Below the pieces are notes generated by a model, which saw nothing but the letters and a program-made list of their open reading frames with translations, was not told the DNA's origin and searched no databases. A stretch of 64,000 bases of DNA from Cyanobacteriota bacterium. GTDB lineage: Bacteria; Cyanobacteriota; Vampirovibrionia; Vampirovibrionales; Vampirovibrionaceae. The stretch lies in the NCBI GenBank assembly GCA_019751815.1, contig JAIEMW010000005.1, positions 2,603 to 66,602 on the forward strand, in the 5' to 3' direction. Shown here piece after piece: positions 1 through 10,080 of the stretch. The first letter of the stretch is position 1. Every line of letters begins with the position of its first letter. Both the position numbers and the translations under genes were made by a program.

Positions 1-2
1 AC

Positions 3-821
3 GAGCATGGCTATTGCTGTCTGGTCGCCTTACCCTTCTTGTGGCTATTTCGAGAAGCACTCCAGGGGATAAAAGCCAGGGTTTGGCTTTTTTTACTAGG
101 CTCAGCCGTCTTGGGCTCTGCCGTGGGCACCTTCTTTTTTACGGAGTCATTGAGAACGGTGAATCTCTCTGTGGCCAATGTGCTGCTCAATATACAGCCA
201 CTGTTCGCGGCATTTTTTGCCAGAGTGCTTTTGAAAGAGCAGTTTGGTCCTGGCTTTTTTAGGTGGGCCTTTGTGGCGATTACGGGAGGTGCCTTGTTGT
301 CGCTGAAGACCCTCAGTTTAGAGGGGTTAAGCCTCTCAGGCGAACTCTGGATGGTCCTGATTTCGGCGTTATGCTGGTCCTTTGGAACGGTTGCAGGAAG
401 AGTGGTCAATACAGGGATGAGCTTTTGGGTGGCCAGTCCGCTCAGGTTATTGTTTGGCTTGATAGCGATGATCGCCTTGGTCTGTATCAATGGACACGCC
501 AGTGTGGCCTTTTTAAAGCCAGACGTATTTCAGCACTGGCAGATACACCAAGACTTTTTACTGCTCTCTGTGTTTGCTGGGGTGTTGCCGCTGTTTCTTT
601 ATTTCCGCGGCTTGAGAGATACGCCGGCCTCTCTGGCTTCATTTTGTGAGATGGCGCAAATTTTGGCCGCCTTGATTGTCACCTGGGGATATTTTGGAGA
701 GTCCCTCAGTCTGACGCAGATTTTGGGCGCGCTGATTTTGTGTTTGGCGGTGGCACGAATTAATCAAATACAATCAGATCCAAACACACTATTGTCACAA
801 AGCGTAAACCCAAAGGACTGA
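3..821 (+). CDS. DMT/EamA-family permease, 5' end outside window
   Basis: The frame of ORF 39..821 stays open back to base 3, so the N-terminus is cut by the window edge. The protein is multi-helix and hydrophobic with two EamA-like halves (SLRTVNLSVANVLLNIQPLFAAFFARVLLKE and GLRDTPASLASFCEMAQILAALIVTWGYFGE). Confidence 0.75.
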   Translation, partial: EHGYCCLVALPFLWLFREALQGIKARVWLFLLGSAVLGSAVGTFFFTESLRTVNLSVANVLLNIQPLFAAFFARVLLKEQFGPGFFRWAFVAITGGALLSLKTLSLEGLSLSGELWMVLISALCWSFGTVAGRVVNTGMSFWVASPLRLLFGLIAMIALVCINGHASVAFLKPDVFQHWQIHQDFLLLSVFAGVLPLFLYFRGLRDTPASLASFCEMAQILAALIVTWGYFGESLSLTQILGALILCLAVARINQIQSDPNTLLSQSVNPKD

Positions 822-883
822 TAACATCCCTGAATACGGACGCTGCCCTATAATTAAACTAGATTAAACCTAGATTAGAAGCT

Positions 884-2407
884 GTGTTAATGGGCTTATT
901 CAGGGATGTTAGAGAGTTTGCGATGAGATCTGGGCAGCGGATTGCTCACCTCAATATCAGTTTAATGCCCGTGTGGAAGTGTTTCTTTTTTGCTGGGTTG
1001 CTCTCTTTTGCTTGCTTAATCAGTCATTTTAATCAGCCAGGCTCTGCCGAATCTGATGCTATGACCGCTTTATCTCAGACCTCTTTACCAGCGACCTCTC
1101 CCCCTTCTGGACTGGAACCCGTGTCTCTTGAGGCGACATCTGAAACGGACACAGCAACAAAGCCTGAAACAACACCCCTAGAGACGGATGCCCCTGCACG
1201 GCGCGGACTCCCAGCCCCCTTGGAATCGCCCCCCTTTCCTTCCGGAGAGTGGCAGATTGGGGGGACGCCGATGATTGGTGTGCCGGATACGATGGACACC
1301 TATGCTCTGATGGACAGCATCAAAAAAACCGAATTTGGGCGCTATCTCAACCGGCACCGAATTAAACTCTACGGTTGGGTGGATGTGGGGGCCAATATCA
1401 GCTCTTCTTCACGATCCAATCAACCGGCCGCCTATGCCATTTATTCTAATCAAGTGCATCTAGATCAATTGCTTTTACGGGTAGAGCGTCTGCCCGACAC
1501 CGTGCAGCAGGATCATATTGACTGGGGCTTTCATCTGTCGAATATCTACGGAATTGATTACCGTTATACCAATACAAAAGGAATTTTTAGCGGGCAAAAA
1601 ACCCGCAACCGCCGGTACGGGTACGACCCGATATTGGCTTATGTCGATGTTTATTTCCCTAAAATTGCGCGTGGGGCAACGCTTCGCGTAGGACGCTATC
1701 TGTCGATTCCAGACATTGAAGGCCAACTCGCCCCGGATAACTATATGTTCACCCACTCGCTGCTGTATACCTTTGATACCTTTACGCAACAGGGCGGTCT
1801 GCTGACTGTCAAACTCAACGACCAATGGCAGGTGCAAGGCGGTCTGGCTGTGGGGAATGATGTCTCTTTTTGGACAAACGGTCGAAAGCTGACCGGAATC
1901 GCCGGGGTTCAGTGGATCTCCAAAAATAACCGCGACAGTATTTATCTGGTGGCCAACTCCATTAATGACGCGCGTTATTCAATCAATAATGTGCAACAGA
2001 ATAATATCACCTGGTCACATCACTTTCGGGCCTTTCATGACCGCTGGCACACCAAGACAGAGGCCTATTATATCTGGCTGCATCACGTACCCGCTTCTGT
2101 ATTGCCTCGTAATGTGAGTCCCGGATTTACCAATGCTTACGGCGCCGTGAATTACCTGGTGGGGCGAATCAATTCAAAAGCCTTCGTGACTTTTCGCAAT
2201 GAGATTCTCAACGATCAACAAGGTCAGCGCACCGGGTTTGCAACGGCCTATACCTCTCATGGATTTGGCGTGACTTACTGGTTGAACAAGTCAATGGCGA
2301 TTCGCCCCGAATTTCGTTACGAGCGCTCCTACGCGACACGGGCCTACAACCAGGGAACGAAAAAAGACCAGTTTATGGGAGCGGTCGATTTAATCGTCCG
2401 CTTTTAA
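884..2407 (+). CDS. Putative outer-membrane beta-barrel (porin-like) protein
   Basis: Hydrophobic signal-like segment (MPVWKCFFFAGLLSFACLISHF), then a Pro/Thr/Glu-rich linker, then a long region of alternating beta-strand-like sequence rich in Tyr/Gly/Asn. It ends in an aromatic residue (DLIVRF), typical of outer-membrane proteins. The start is uncertain (GTG 884, ATG 890, 923 or 965). Confidence 0.5.
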   Translation: MLMGLFRDVREFAMRSGQRIAHLNISLMPVWKCFFFAGLLSFACLISHFNQPGSAESDAMTALSQTSLPATSPPSGLEPVSLEATSETDTATKPETTPLETDAPARRGLPAPLESPPFPSGEWQIGGTPMIGVPDTMDTYALMDSIKKTEFGRYLNRHRIKLYGWVDVGANISSSSRSNQPAAYAIYSNQVHLDQLLLRVERLPDTVQQDHIDWGFHLSNIYGIDYRYTNTKGIFSGQKTRNRRYGYDPILAYVDVYFPKIARGATLRVGRYLSIPDIEGQLAPDNYMFTHSLLYTFDTFTQQGGLLTVKLNDQWQVQGGLAVGNDVSFWTNGRKLTGIAGVQWISKNNRDSIYLVANSINDARYSINNVQQNNITWSHHFRAFHDRWHTKTEAYYIWLHHVPASVLPRNVSPGFTNAYGAVNYLVGRINSKAFVTFRNEILNDQQGQRTGFATAYTSHGFGVTYWLNKSMAIRPEFRYERSYATRAYNQGTKKDQFMGAVDLIVRF

Positions 2408-2427
2408 TTTATCTTCTATATTGTTTT

Positions 2428-5400
2428 TTACAGAATTTTTTCGCTATCGACCGGCAGACTTTGTGAGAGCAGCGCCTCTTTCGGTGCCAAAATAGTGGTG
2501 ATTGAAGGTTGAGAGAGTACCTTACGGGCGACTGCTTGGATTTGTTCTGGGGTGACAGTGGCGAGTTTTTCCGCCAGCTCTTCGGGGGAATCAATATCGA
2601 GTCCCCGGTGCTTGCTGAGTGAGCTGGCCACGTTTTTAACCCCTTGCGTTTGCGCCAAAATGCTGGCATTGAGGAGGTTTCTCACACGGGATAACTCTGC
2701 TTCTGTCGCCAAGGTGGTTGTGAGTTTATCGACTTCGCGCTGAAACAGACCCAGCACTTTGTTGATATTCACCGGATCTGTGCCAATATAAAACTCAAAG
2801 CGGCCGTCCAGTGTGGAAGGAGTGTAGGTGGAGGTGACTGAGTAGCAAAGGCCTTTTTCGCCTTCTCTAAACGTTTGGAACAAGCGGCTGCTCATACCGG
2901 CACGTAGCAAACCGTTTAATAACGTCAGAGCGGGACGATCTTCCTCTTTGATGTGAGGGGCTGCGACCCAGCCGCGGCGAATTTCAGCCTGAGTCATCTT
3001 CTCGCGGCTTTGGGTGACAATTTTGGAAGCTGGCAGGGTGAAGTGAATGGGGGAGAATTGTCTTTTGATGCCTGGAGTTGAGCCATTTAATGGGGCCAGT
3101 GCCTGATTAAATTGCGACCGGGCTTCGTCCACTGTGATATCACCAACCGCAGAAACGGTGATGTTCTCAGGAGTGAAGGCCTCTTGAAAATAAGTTCTGA
3201 GAGCCTCCGCACTCACGGTGTCTTTCTTGGCGAGAATCCGGCCGTAATTTTGCCCGCTGGGGTGGGTATCTGGATACAAGGCTTCTGTGAACTGATTTTT
3301 ACTGGCATAGTCTGTTTTTGTTTCAACAGCACTGATGTATTTCTTAGTCTGACGCGCTTTAACCTCAGCCAGTTCCGTTGCGTCTACCTTGGGACCCTTC
3401 AGAATCTCGCTCAGTAACTCAAACATATCGGCTTTGGCTTCAGAGAGTCCCTCCAAGGTGATGACCAGGCTATCTACGTCTGGTGTCACTTCCAGTGCGA
3501 TCCCTTTGGATGCCAAGGCCTCTTGGAGTTGCTGGGTACTCATCGTTTGTGTGGCGCGTTGTAGCATTTCATTCAACCAAGCGGTGGCCCCTGCCAGTCC
3601 TTTTTCGAGATCGAATGCGGCACCACCCTTCACTCTAAGAGAAAGCGCGGTTTTTAAATTGCCAGGTTTCGAGCGCACAATCAATTCAGACCCTCTATCC
3701 AGGGTAATCGACTGATCCATGGGGGTGAGGCGGCCGGAAAACTTCAGCGCAGGCTTTGAGCTTGCGGTCTTGTTTGTTTTGGGCTTAGGTGCCAGTGTGA
3801 GTGCATGGGCACCACTGGGCTGTAAGTACTTACTGGCAGCGGCACGAACATCATCCAGTGTGACAGCTTCCAGCGCACTCAATCGTTCACCCATTTCTGG
3901 CCCTGTATTCCGTCTGCGGATTAAATCAGCCAGGGCACCGATGGCGTCGAATTGCTCTTCGGCACTATTGGCCATCTGGGTTTTTAGTTGACGCTTGGCT
4001 TTACTCAGCTCTTCAGGCGTGATTCCCGTTTGAATCAGTGTTTCTAACTCTGCTTGAATGGCTGCTTTGACTGTGTCCAGCTTGTCTGGATCTGCCGTAA
4101 CACTGAGGTAACTCAATGTCCGTTGGGCCAACTCCCAGAGTCCGCCACCGACCTGCTGAGCCAGCTTGTCAGTTTCTACCAACCTCTGGTGAAGGCGGGA
4201 ACTATCTCCTTCTAACAATACAGTGTTAGCAATATCTAGGGCAGCTCTCTCTTTAGGGCTTACTTGTAACGGGACGGGTCCGTTAAACCCAAGCATCATC
4301 GTTGCTTGGCTCACTTGGGAGTCGTAAACGGTTTTCGCATTATTCTGTATGCCTCTAGGGTTTACGGTTTTCTTGATATGACGACTTGAAGGCCGTGATC
4401 CTTTACTAGACTCATACACCCGCCCGTCACTTTGCACAGGAAAAGGTCGGTTGTATTCTCTGGCCACTTGAGACAGCACTTTGTCGATGTCAAAATCACC
4501 CACCACCAGGATATCGCGGTTACTTGGTGCGTAAAAACGGGCATAGTAGGATAGAATATCTTCTCGGCTCAGATCTCGAACCTTGAGCTCTCCTCGAAGC
4601 TCTGTTTCGCTCAGTTTTCGTCCATTGGGGTTCAGCGGATACAGCGCGAGTAAGCCGGCTGCCGACAGCTTTCGCCGGCGGAGTAAGGTTTTTAGGAAGA
4701 CATAGGCTTTCTTGTCTTCTCCGGTCAACCCTTGCCCAGTGTTACCTTGTGCTAGCATTTCTAAAATGCGTTTATTTCGATCGAGCTGCTCTTTCGGCTG
4801 TGTGTCATCCAACACATAACGCATCGCATCGCCAATGTTTCTGGCTGGGCCCAAAATGGTTCTGCGGTAGGGATGATCCCCGTAAACAGTGGCGACTAAA
4901 TCTTCAAACAGTTTACCCGTTTTGCGGTTGGCATACATTTTAATCTCTTCAACAACGGTGAAGCGTTCTTTTAACAGCTCATCGGGTGGCACCAACGCAT
5001 TTTGAAGCATCTCTGCTTTGATTTTAATGGCGTCCGCCAGGTTTTGTGAGGGCACGTTGTAGAGATAATAGAAGGTGGCGTCATAGTTGGTCCAAGCGTT
5101 CACACCAGCACCCAGTGCTTCGAGCTTATGATCGGATTCACCCGGCTTCAGCAGGGGCGTGCCTTTAAAAATCAGGTGCTCAAAAAAGTGAGAGATCCCG
5201 TTGTTATCTTCCGTTTCATTGACAGACCCCGTGTGAATCAGTTCACCATAAGAGACCAAGGGAACATCTTTACGAACAATGGCGTAGAAGCCCATCCCAT
5301 TGGAGAATTGAAAGCGTCGGATCTGGCCCAATGCGGCATCGGTGACGGAAGGGAGTTCTTGCCAAGACAAGGGCGGGTTTTCTGATAGGGCTTGAGTCCC

Positions 5401-5577
5401 TTGAAACAGGGGACGAAACGGGAATGCCTTGTGACTGGTTTCATATGAAGACAGTGTTCTGGTAGGTGTTTTGCCTTTTTGGCCAAATAGCTCCTGGTCA
5501 GTTAGCTGTTTTTTAGCTGCTTTAGCCCCAGACTGAACAGCAGTGAGAGCGCCCAAAGAAGGGGACAAAATTTCCAT
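2428..5577 (-). CDS. Large M16 (pitrilysin/insulinase) family zinc peptidase with two M16 units fused
   Basis: HxxEH zinc motif HFFEHLIFKG in the N-terminal half. A second M16-like half lacks the motif. I moved the start to ATG 5577 (MEILSP), which has GAGGA about 10 nt upstream. About 100 aa precede the catalytic domain. Confidence 0.85.
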   Translation of the reverse strand: MEILSPSLGALTAVQSGAKAAKKQLTDQELFGQKGKTPTRTLSSYETSHKAFPFRPLFQGTQALSENPPLSWQELPSVTDAALGQIRRFQFSNGMGFYAIVRKDVPLVSYGELIHTGSVNETEDNNGISHFFEHLIFKGTPLLKPGESDHKLEALGAGVNAWTNYDATFYYLYNVPSQNLADAIKIKAEMLQNALVPPDELLKERFTVVEEIKMYANRKTGKLFEDLVATVYGDHPYRRTILGPARNIGDAMRYVLDDTQPKEQLDRNKRILEMLAQGNTGQGLTGEDKKAYVFLKTLLRRRKLSAAGLLALYPLNPNGRKLSETELRGELKVRDLSREDILSYYARFYAPSNRDILVVGDFDIDKVLSQVAREYNRPFPVQSDGRVYESSKGSRPSSRHIKKTVNPRGIQNNAKTVYDSQVSQATMMLGFNGPVPLQVSPKERAALDIANTVLLEGDSSRLHQRLVETDKLAQQVGGGLWELAQRTLSYLSVTADPDKLDTVKAAIQAELETLIQTGITPEELSKAKRQLKTQMANSAEEQFDAIGALADLIRRRNTGPEMGERLSALEAVTLDDVRAAASKYLQPSGAHALTLAPKPKTNKTASSKPALKFSGRLTPMDQSITLDRGSELIVRSKPGNLKTALSLRVKGGAAFDLEKGLAGATAWLNEMLQRATQTMSTQQLQEALASKGIALEVTPDVDSLVITLEGLSEAKADMFELLSEILKGPKVDATELAEVKARQTKKYISAVETKTDYASKNQFTEALYPDTHPSGQNYGRILAKKDTVSAEALRTYFQEAFTPENITVSAVGDITVDEARSQFNQALAPLNGSTPGIKRQFSPIHFTLPASKIVTQSREKMTQAEIRRGWVAAPHIKEEDRPALTLLNGLLRAGMSSRLFQTFREGEKGLCYSVTSTYTPSTLDGRFEFYIGTDPVNINKVLGLFQREVDKLTTTLATEAELSRVRNLLNASILAQTQGVKNVASSLSKHRGLDIDSPEELAEKLATVTPEQIQAVARKVLSQPSITTILAPKEALLSQSLPVDSEKIL

Positions 5578-5677
5578 GACACACACATCCTCATGTTACC
5601 CAAAGTTCTACGACATACTACGTAAAAGAAACATCGCAGACAAGGGGGCTACTGATTTTGTAACAGAGAGGCAGAAA

Positions 5678-6622
5678 TTAAGGTTGAAAGTCTTTCAGGG
5701 CTTGCAGTAAAGCCTGGCTGATACCGGGCTCACTAAAGGCGTGTCCTGCATCGGGCACAATGGTGAGTTTTGCCTCAGGAAAGGCCTGGTGAAGATCCCA
5801 GGCGTTTTTCACCGGACAGATCACATCATAACGCCCGTGCACAATCCAGGTGGGGATGTGTCGAATCTTGCTAATATTGTCTAGCAGGGCATTGGGGCTT
5901 TCTAAAAATGAATGGTGTATGAAGTAATGGCATTCAATCCGGGCCATGGCGATGGCTTTCTCGTCCATCTCAAAATCCTGGATTGTGGCCTCATCAGGAA
6001 TCAGGCAGCAAGTGCTTCCCTCCCAACCGCTCCAGGCTTTTGCGGCGGCTAACTGTATTTTGGGGTCAGGACTGGTGAGTCTTTGGTGATAGGCACTCAG
6101 CATATCCCCTCGCTCTGATTCCGGAATATGCTGCCAGTATGTCTGCCAGCGATCGGGGTAAATCCAGTGGCAACCTTCTTGGTAGAACCACCGAATTTCT
6201 TCGGGGCGACAGAGAAAAATCCCGCGTAAAATCAGCCCACTCACTCGGTCTGGATGGGCTTCTGCGTATGCCAGTGCTAGCGTACTTCCCCACGATCCGC
6301 CAAAAACCAGCCATTGTTCAATCCCCAATGTTTCGCGGAGCTGTTCCATATCGGCGATTAGGTGCGGGGTGGTGTTGTTTTCCAAAGAGGCAAAGGGGGT
6401 GCTGCGCCCGCAACCACGCTGGTCAAACAAAACGGCGTGGTACTTTTGGGGATCGAATAACTGTCGGTGCTTGGGAGAAAACCCGCCCCCCGGTCCGCCG
6501 TGCAAAAACACCACGGGAAGTCCCTGAGGGTTCCCGACAGTTTCGACGTAAAGTGCATGCCCGTCCCCAACGGGCATATGCCATGACCGATTGGGTTCGA
6601 TGGGTTGATGTAACGCGTTCAT
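5678..6622 (-). CDS. pip: Proline iminopeptidase (S33 alpha/beta hydrolase)
   Basis: Motifs LHGGPGGG, GGSWGSTLALAYA (nucleophile elbow) and LRGIF. I moved the start to ATG 6622 because AGGAG lies 9 nt upstream. The track start at 6679 would leave only 6 nt to the divergent neighbour. Confidence 0.85.
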   Translation of the reverse strand: MNALHQPIEPNRSWHMPVGDGHALYVETVGNPQGLPVVFLHGGPGGGFSPKHRQLFDPQKYHAVLFDQRGCGRSTPFASLENNTTPHLIADMEQLRETLGIEQWLVFGGSWGSTLALAYAEAHPDRVSGLILRGIFLCRPEEIRWFYQEGCHWIYPDRWQTYWQHIPESERGDMLSAYHQRLTSPDPKIQLAAAKAWSGWEGSTCCLIPDEATIQDFEMDEKAIAMARIECHYFIHHSFLESPNALLDNISKIRHIPTWIVHGRYDVICPVKNAWDLHQAFPEAKLTIVPDAGHAFSEPGISQALLQALKDFQP

Positions 6623-6685
6623 GAACGCTATCTCCTGGGAGTAATCTTTTTGTGGAATAAAGGGTTCTATTGATATCATACAGAG

Positions 6686-7669
6686 ATGACTCCAGATGAG
6701 AAACTGCCACCGCCAGAAGATTTACTTTGCCAAGACGTGCTTCGTCCGTTTTTCCACGGGCGAAGACTCTTGATTGCCACCCAGCACGGCAAAGAGCAGG
6801 TGCTTTTGCCCATATTGGAACGCGGCCTGGGGGTGCGTTGCGATGTGACCACGGGCTTTGATACAGACGCCTTTGGCACGTTTAGTGGAGAACGACACCG
6901 GTCAGGGGATGCCCTAGAGACTGCCCGCTTAAAAGCAGAGGCCGTCAAACAACACTACCCTGAGGCGACCCTGATCCTTACCAGTGAGGGCAGTTTTGGC
7001 CCGAGTCCCCAAATGCCTTGGGCTGCGGCTGATACGGAGCTTTTATATTTATGGGACAGTCAGTGGGATAGACAGAATCAGGGAGTCTGGACCGCAGTGT
7101 TTCATACCCTGGAGACGAATTATGTCTCTTTTGTAGACTATCCTTCGCCAGAATGCCCTTTGCCAGAGTATCCCTCTTGGTGCTCCTCTTGGGAGTCGCT
7201 TCTAGAAATGACCACGGCGTGGGGTTTCCCTAGCCATGGCGTGATTTTAGGGATTAAGCATGTCTCTGGGGAAGGATTTTCTAAAATCTATAAAGGCATT
7301 CAAGACCCAGTGCAATTGAAGCAGCTTTTTGTGCAGTATTCTCCAGACCATCAAATAAGGCTTTCTCCGGATATGAGGGCCTGTTTTAACCCCACCCGGA
7401 TGCGGGCCATTGCGGCGTGTGCGGAACAACTGGTGACACAATTATCGATTCTCTGCCCTGAGTGTGCTTGGCCTGGGTTTCAACAGATTAAACTTATAGA
7501 TGCACTCCCTTGTGAGGCGTGTGGTCTTCCCACACGTCTTCCTGCGTCTGCTTTGTGGCAGTGCCAGCATTGCCAATTTCAGAAGAAACAACCAATCCAA
7601 ACAAAACTAATAAACGAGGAGAATCAGGCCACGGCGAATCCCCGTGACTGTGAGTTTTGTAATCCATAA
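6686..7669 (+). CDS. Hypothetical protein with a C-terminal double zinc-ribbon-like Cys cluster
   Basis: 327-aa ORF with a coding-like composition. The C-terminus carries four CxxC pairs (CPEC, CEAC, CQHC, CEFC). I recognise no catalytic motif. Confidence 0.6.
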   Translation: MTPDEKLPPPEDLLCQDVLRPFFHGRRLLIATQHGKEQVLLPILERGLGVRCDVTTGFDTDAFGTFSGERHRSGDALETARLKAEAVKQHYPEATLILTSEGSFGPSPQMPWAAADTELLYLWDSQWDRQNQGVWTAVFHTLETNYVSFVDYPSPECPLPEYPSWCSSWESLLEMTTAWGFPSHGVILGIKHVSGEGFSKIYKGIQDPVQLKQLFVQYSPDHQIRLSPDMRACFNPTRMRAIAACAEQLVTQLSILCPECAWPGFQQIKLIDALPCEACGLPTRLPASALWQCQHCQFQKKQPIQTKLINEENQATANPRDCEFCNP

Positions 7670-7678
7670 TTGAAAGCT

Positions 7679-10024
7679 TTAGCCCGAAGTGTTGGCGTTT
7701 CCGCGCATCTGGCTGACCATGGCTGTGACCAGCTCGGCACAGGTCTTCCCGTTCGGGTCAGAGACAACCTGCACAGGGATGAGTTGCGCTTTTTTCTGGG
7801 CATCATTCAGCTTAGGGTGGTGCAAAATGCCGTAATTTTTGACCAGCGTGGCCAAAATGGTTTTGGGATCCTGATTGGCAACCGGTTTGCCGTCAATGAA
7901 GACACCCAGTTTGCTTTCTAAAGTAACCCCGGGGAAGTCTATTCTGCCACCAGAGGCGCTACCATGTCCGCCCCCACCAAAGAGACTGGCCAGCATTTCC
8001 GCATCTGTTGTCCCGTCCACAGAGCGAATCGACAATCGGAGTCCGTTACACTCAGCAATATCGAGCTTCTCATCCAGTTCTCCGGCCTGCTTGTCCTGGC
8101 AAATCAGCACAGCAATCCGTTGATTATCATAAGGGCCGATATAGCTCGTTTTGGCTGGGTTATGACTTTCTGCCGAAGGGTGCAGTGCGGGGTTGGCTCT
8201 AAGCGCCCCCATCACTTCACAGTACTTGAAGGCGTTTTGAATATCCAATAGAGTGACTTCCGGGTCTACTTCTCGAGCAGTGTCCCAAACATCCCGCATT
8301 TGGGTGTAGTTGGCCTGTACGATACCCAGTCCTAATTGTGGATGCATCTGTCTGCCGGCAACGGCATGGCGAATCATTTCTGCCCGGGCAGAGGTTTGCG
8401 CATCGCCTTCCAGCGTTTTATCTGGAATGTCATAGGTCACAGTTTCGCGTAACCACTTTTTGTTAACCTGGCTGTCGCCACCCAGGTTTTGGGTGAGAGC
8501 CATCAGCCATTTGGAAAGGCCTTCGGGCCAGAAGTTGGGGCGTTGTTCAGCGGGTTTAATGGTATCTTGCGGTTTTAAGTTCGCGGTTCGCGTAAAAGAG
8601 CCCGTATCCGTGAAGATACCCGCAATCAAGTTGGCAACCATCTGGCCCAACAGGGTTCGCTGCGTTGGCTCGGGCAAAATTTCCGCAGCATTCTGCTTTT
8701 TACGTTGCAGTGCTTCCAGTTGTGGCACGAGTTTGACCGCAAGCACAGCCACCATTTGAGCACAGGCCGCCACAGAATCTGCCACCCACCAATGGTTTTG
8801 GGTGCGTGCTTTATTCACATCTAAGCCGGTTTGAGAGAGTGCAGCTTCCCACTCATTGGCGCGGTGGGGGTGATGGTCAATATACATCACATCATAGGCC
8901 TTCTCTAAATAAGGCCGGAATTGGCTTGTAAAGCGTTTGGGTGTGGGGATATCAATAGCAATCACCAAATCGTACTGCGTATCCGGTTTCAAGTGGTTTT
9001 CGGGGTCTCTTAAGGCAGTCAGTTCTCTCTGCAGCATGGGTATTTTGGGAGATTGCGGGGTGCTTGCCTGCAGTTGTGCCAAATCTGCAGCAACTTCTGC
9101 GATTCGCTCTGGGTTATTGGGGTGTTTGATGGTTTCCAGGCCAGGAATCGTATCTCTAAAGAGCCCTGGCAGTTTGTCATCGACGGCACAGTCTACTTGA
9201 CGACTGGGATCCATCAATAAAATGGCGTTTTTAAGACCGACAATCGAACCCAGTGTATCTCCGTCCGGTTTACAATGGCCTACCAGCAGAATACGTTTAT
9301 ATTCCGGGTCGCGCAAGGTGGTTAAAATTTTATCAATGGCGGTTTTCATCTCCCATGCAGATTCTGCCCCATTGGTTTTGGTCTCGTGTGTCAGCATCGC
9401 GTCTAGCACCTGATCCGGTGAGACAGCGGGTTGGTAAAGCATCGCAAAGTCTTTACAACCTGGGTTGTTCAGGATGGTGGTAAATGCTTTGCGGCTTGCT
9501 TGCTCAATTTTGGGGTTACTGCCAGTGTAAATCAGGTTAATTCGCACCCCAATGGTTTCGGCCCCTTTGGTAGTTCCAGCAACCAGGTTGGAAAGCTCAA
9601 AACGAAAATCCTTAGGAGCTTCTTCTATCAGGGGTCTTAAATGCGGAGAAATTTGATCCGGAATTCTGCCAATTGGCCCAATGCCTGGTACTTCCAGCAG
9701 GATTTGCCCTTTAAGACTGTCTATTTTTGCGGTCAGCTCTTGTCCGTCTTTCCAAGGGCCTTCGGATAGCCGGTTGATATTGTCTGAAATCGGCGTAATA
9801 GCAGGATCAAGGCTACGCTGGTGCATGGTAACTCCACGCACTTTCAGTTGGATTGCTGGGGGGAGGCGGTACGCGATGCCCTGATTGCCAAAATGGACAG
9901 GATTCAGGCTAGTCGGAAGGTTATTCTGGCGGTTATATTGCCGCGATAATATAGACGGTTGCTTGATTGCAGTACTTAATACTGGGATTCGTAAGCTCAT
10001 GGGCGTATTTTCCACACTCGACAC
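7679..10024 (-). CDS. DHH/DHHA1-family phosphoesterase (NrnA-like) with a long N-terminal extension
   Basis: DHH motifs GHCKPDGDTLGS and YIDHHPH, plus the DHHA1 motif FGGGGHGSASGG near the C-terminus. About 230 aa precede the first DHH motif. The start is uncertain (GTG 10024 or ATG 10000). Confidence 0.75.
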   Translation of the reverse strand: MSSVENTPMSLRIPVLSTAIKQPSILSRQYNRQNNLPTSLNPVHFGNQGIAYRLPPAIQLKVRGVTMHQRSLDPAITPISDNINRLSEGPWKDGQELTAKIDSLKGQILLEVPGIGPIGRIPDQISPHLRPLIEEAPKDFRFELSNLVAGTTKGAETIGVRINLIYTGSNPKIEQASRKAFTTILNNPGCKDFAMLYQPAVSPDQVLDAMLTHETKTNGAESAWEMKTAIDKILTTLRDPEYKRILLVGHCKPDGDTLGSIVGLKNAILLMDPSRQVDCAVDDKLPGLFRDTIPGLETIKHPNNPERIAEVAADLAQLQASTPQSPKIPMLQRELTALRDPENHLKPDTQYDLVIAIDIPTPKRFTSQFRPYLEKAYDVMYIDHHPHRANEWEAALSQTGLDVNKARTQNHWWVADSVAACAQMVAVLAVKLVPQLEALQRKKQNAAEILPEPTQRTLLGQMVANLIAGIFTDTGSFTRTANLKPQDTIKPAEQRPNFWPEGLSKWLMALTQNLGGDSQVNKKWLRETVTYDIPDKTLEGDAQTSARAEMIRHAVAGRQMHPQLGLGIVQANYTQMRDVWDTAREVDPEVTLLDIQNAFKYCEVMGALRANPALHPSAESHNPAKTSYIGPYDNQRIAVLICQDKQAGELDEKLDIAECNGLRLSIRSVDGTTDAEMLASLFGGGGHGSASGGRIDFPGVTLESKLGVFIDGKPVANQDPKTILATLVKNYGILHHPKLNDAQKKAQLIPVQVVSDPNGKTCAELVTAMVSQMRGNANTSG

Positions 10025-10080
10025 ACACAGTTATTGTATTGCGGCAATTGTAGCACAAAGAAATAAGCCGGTAAAAAAAG

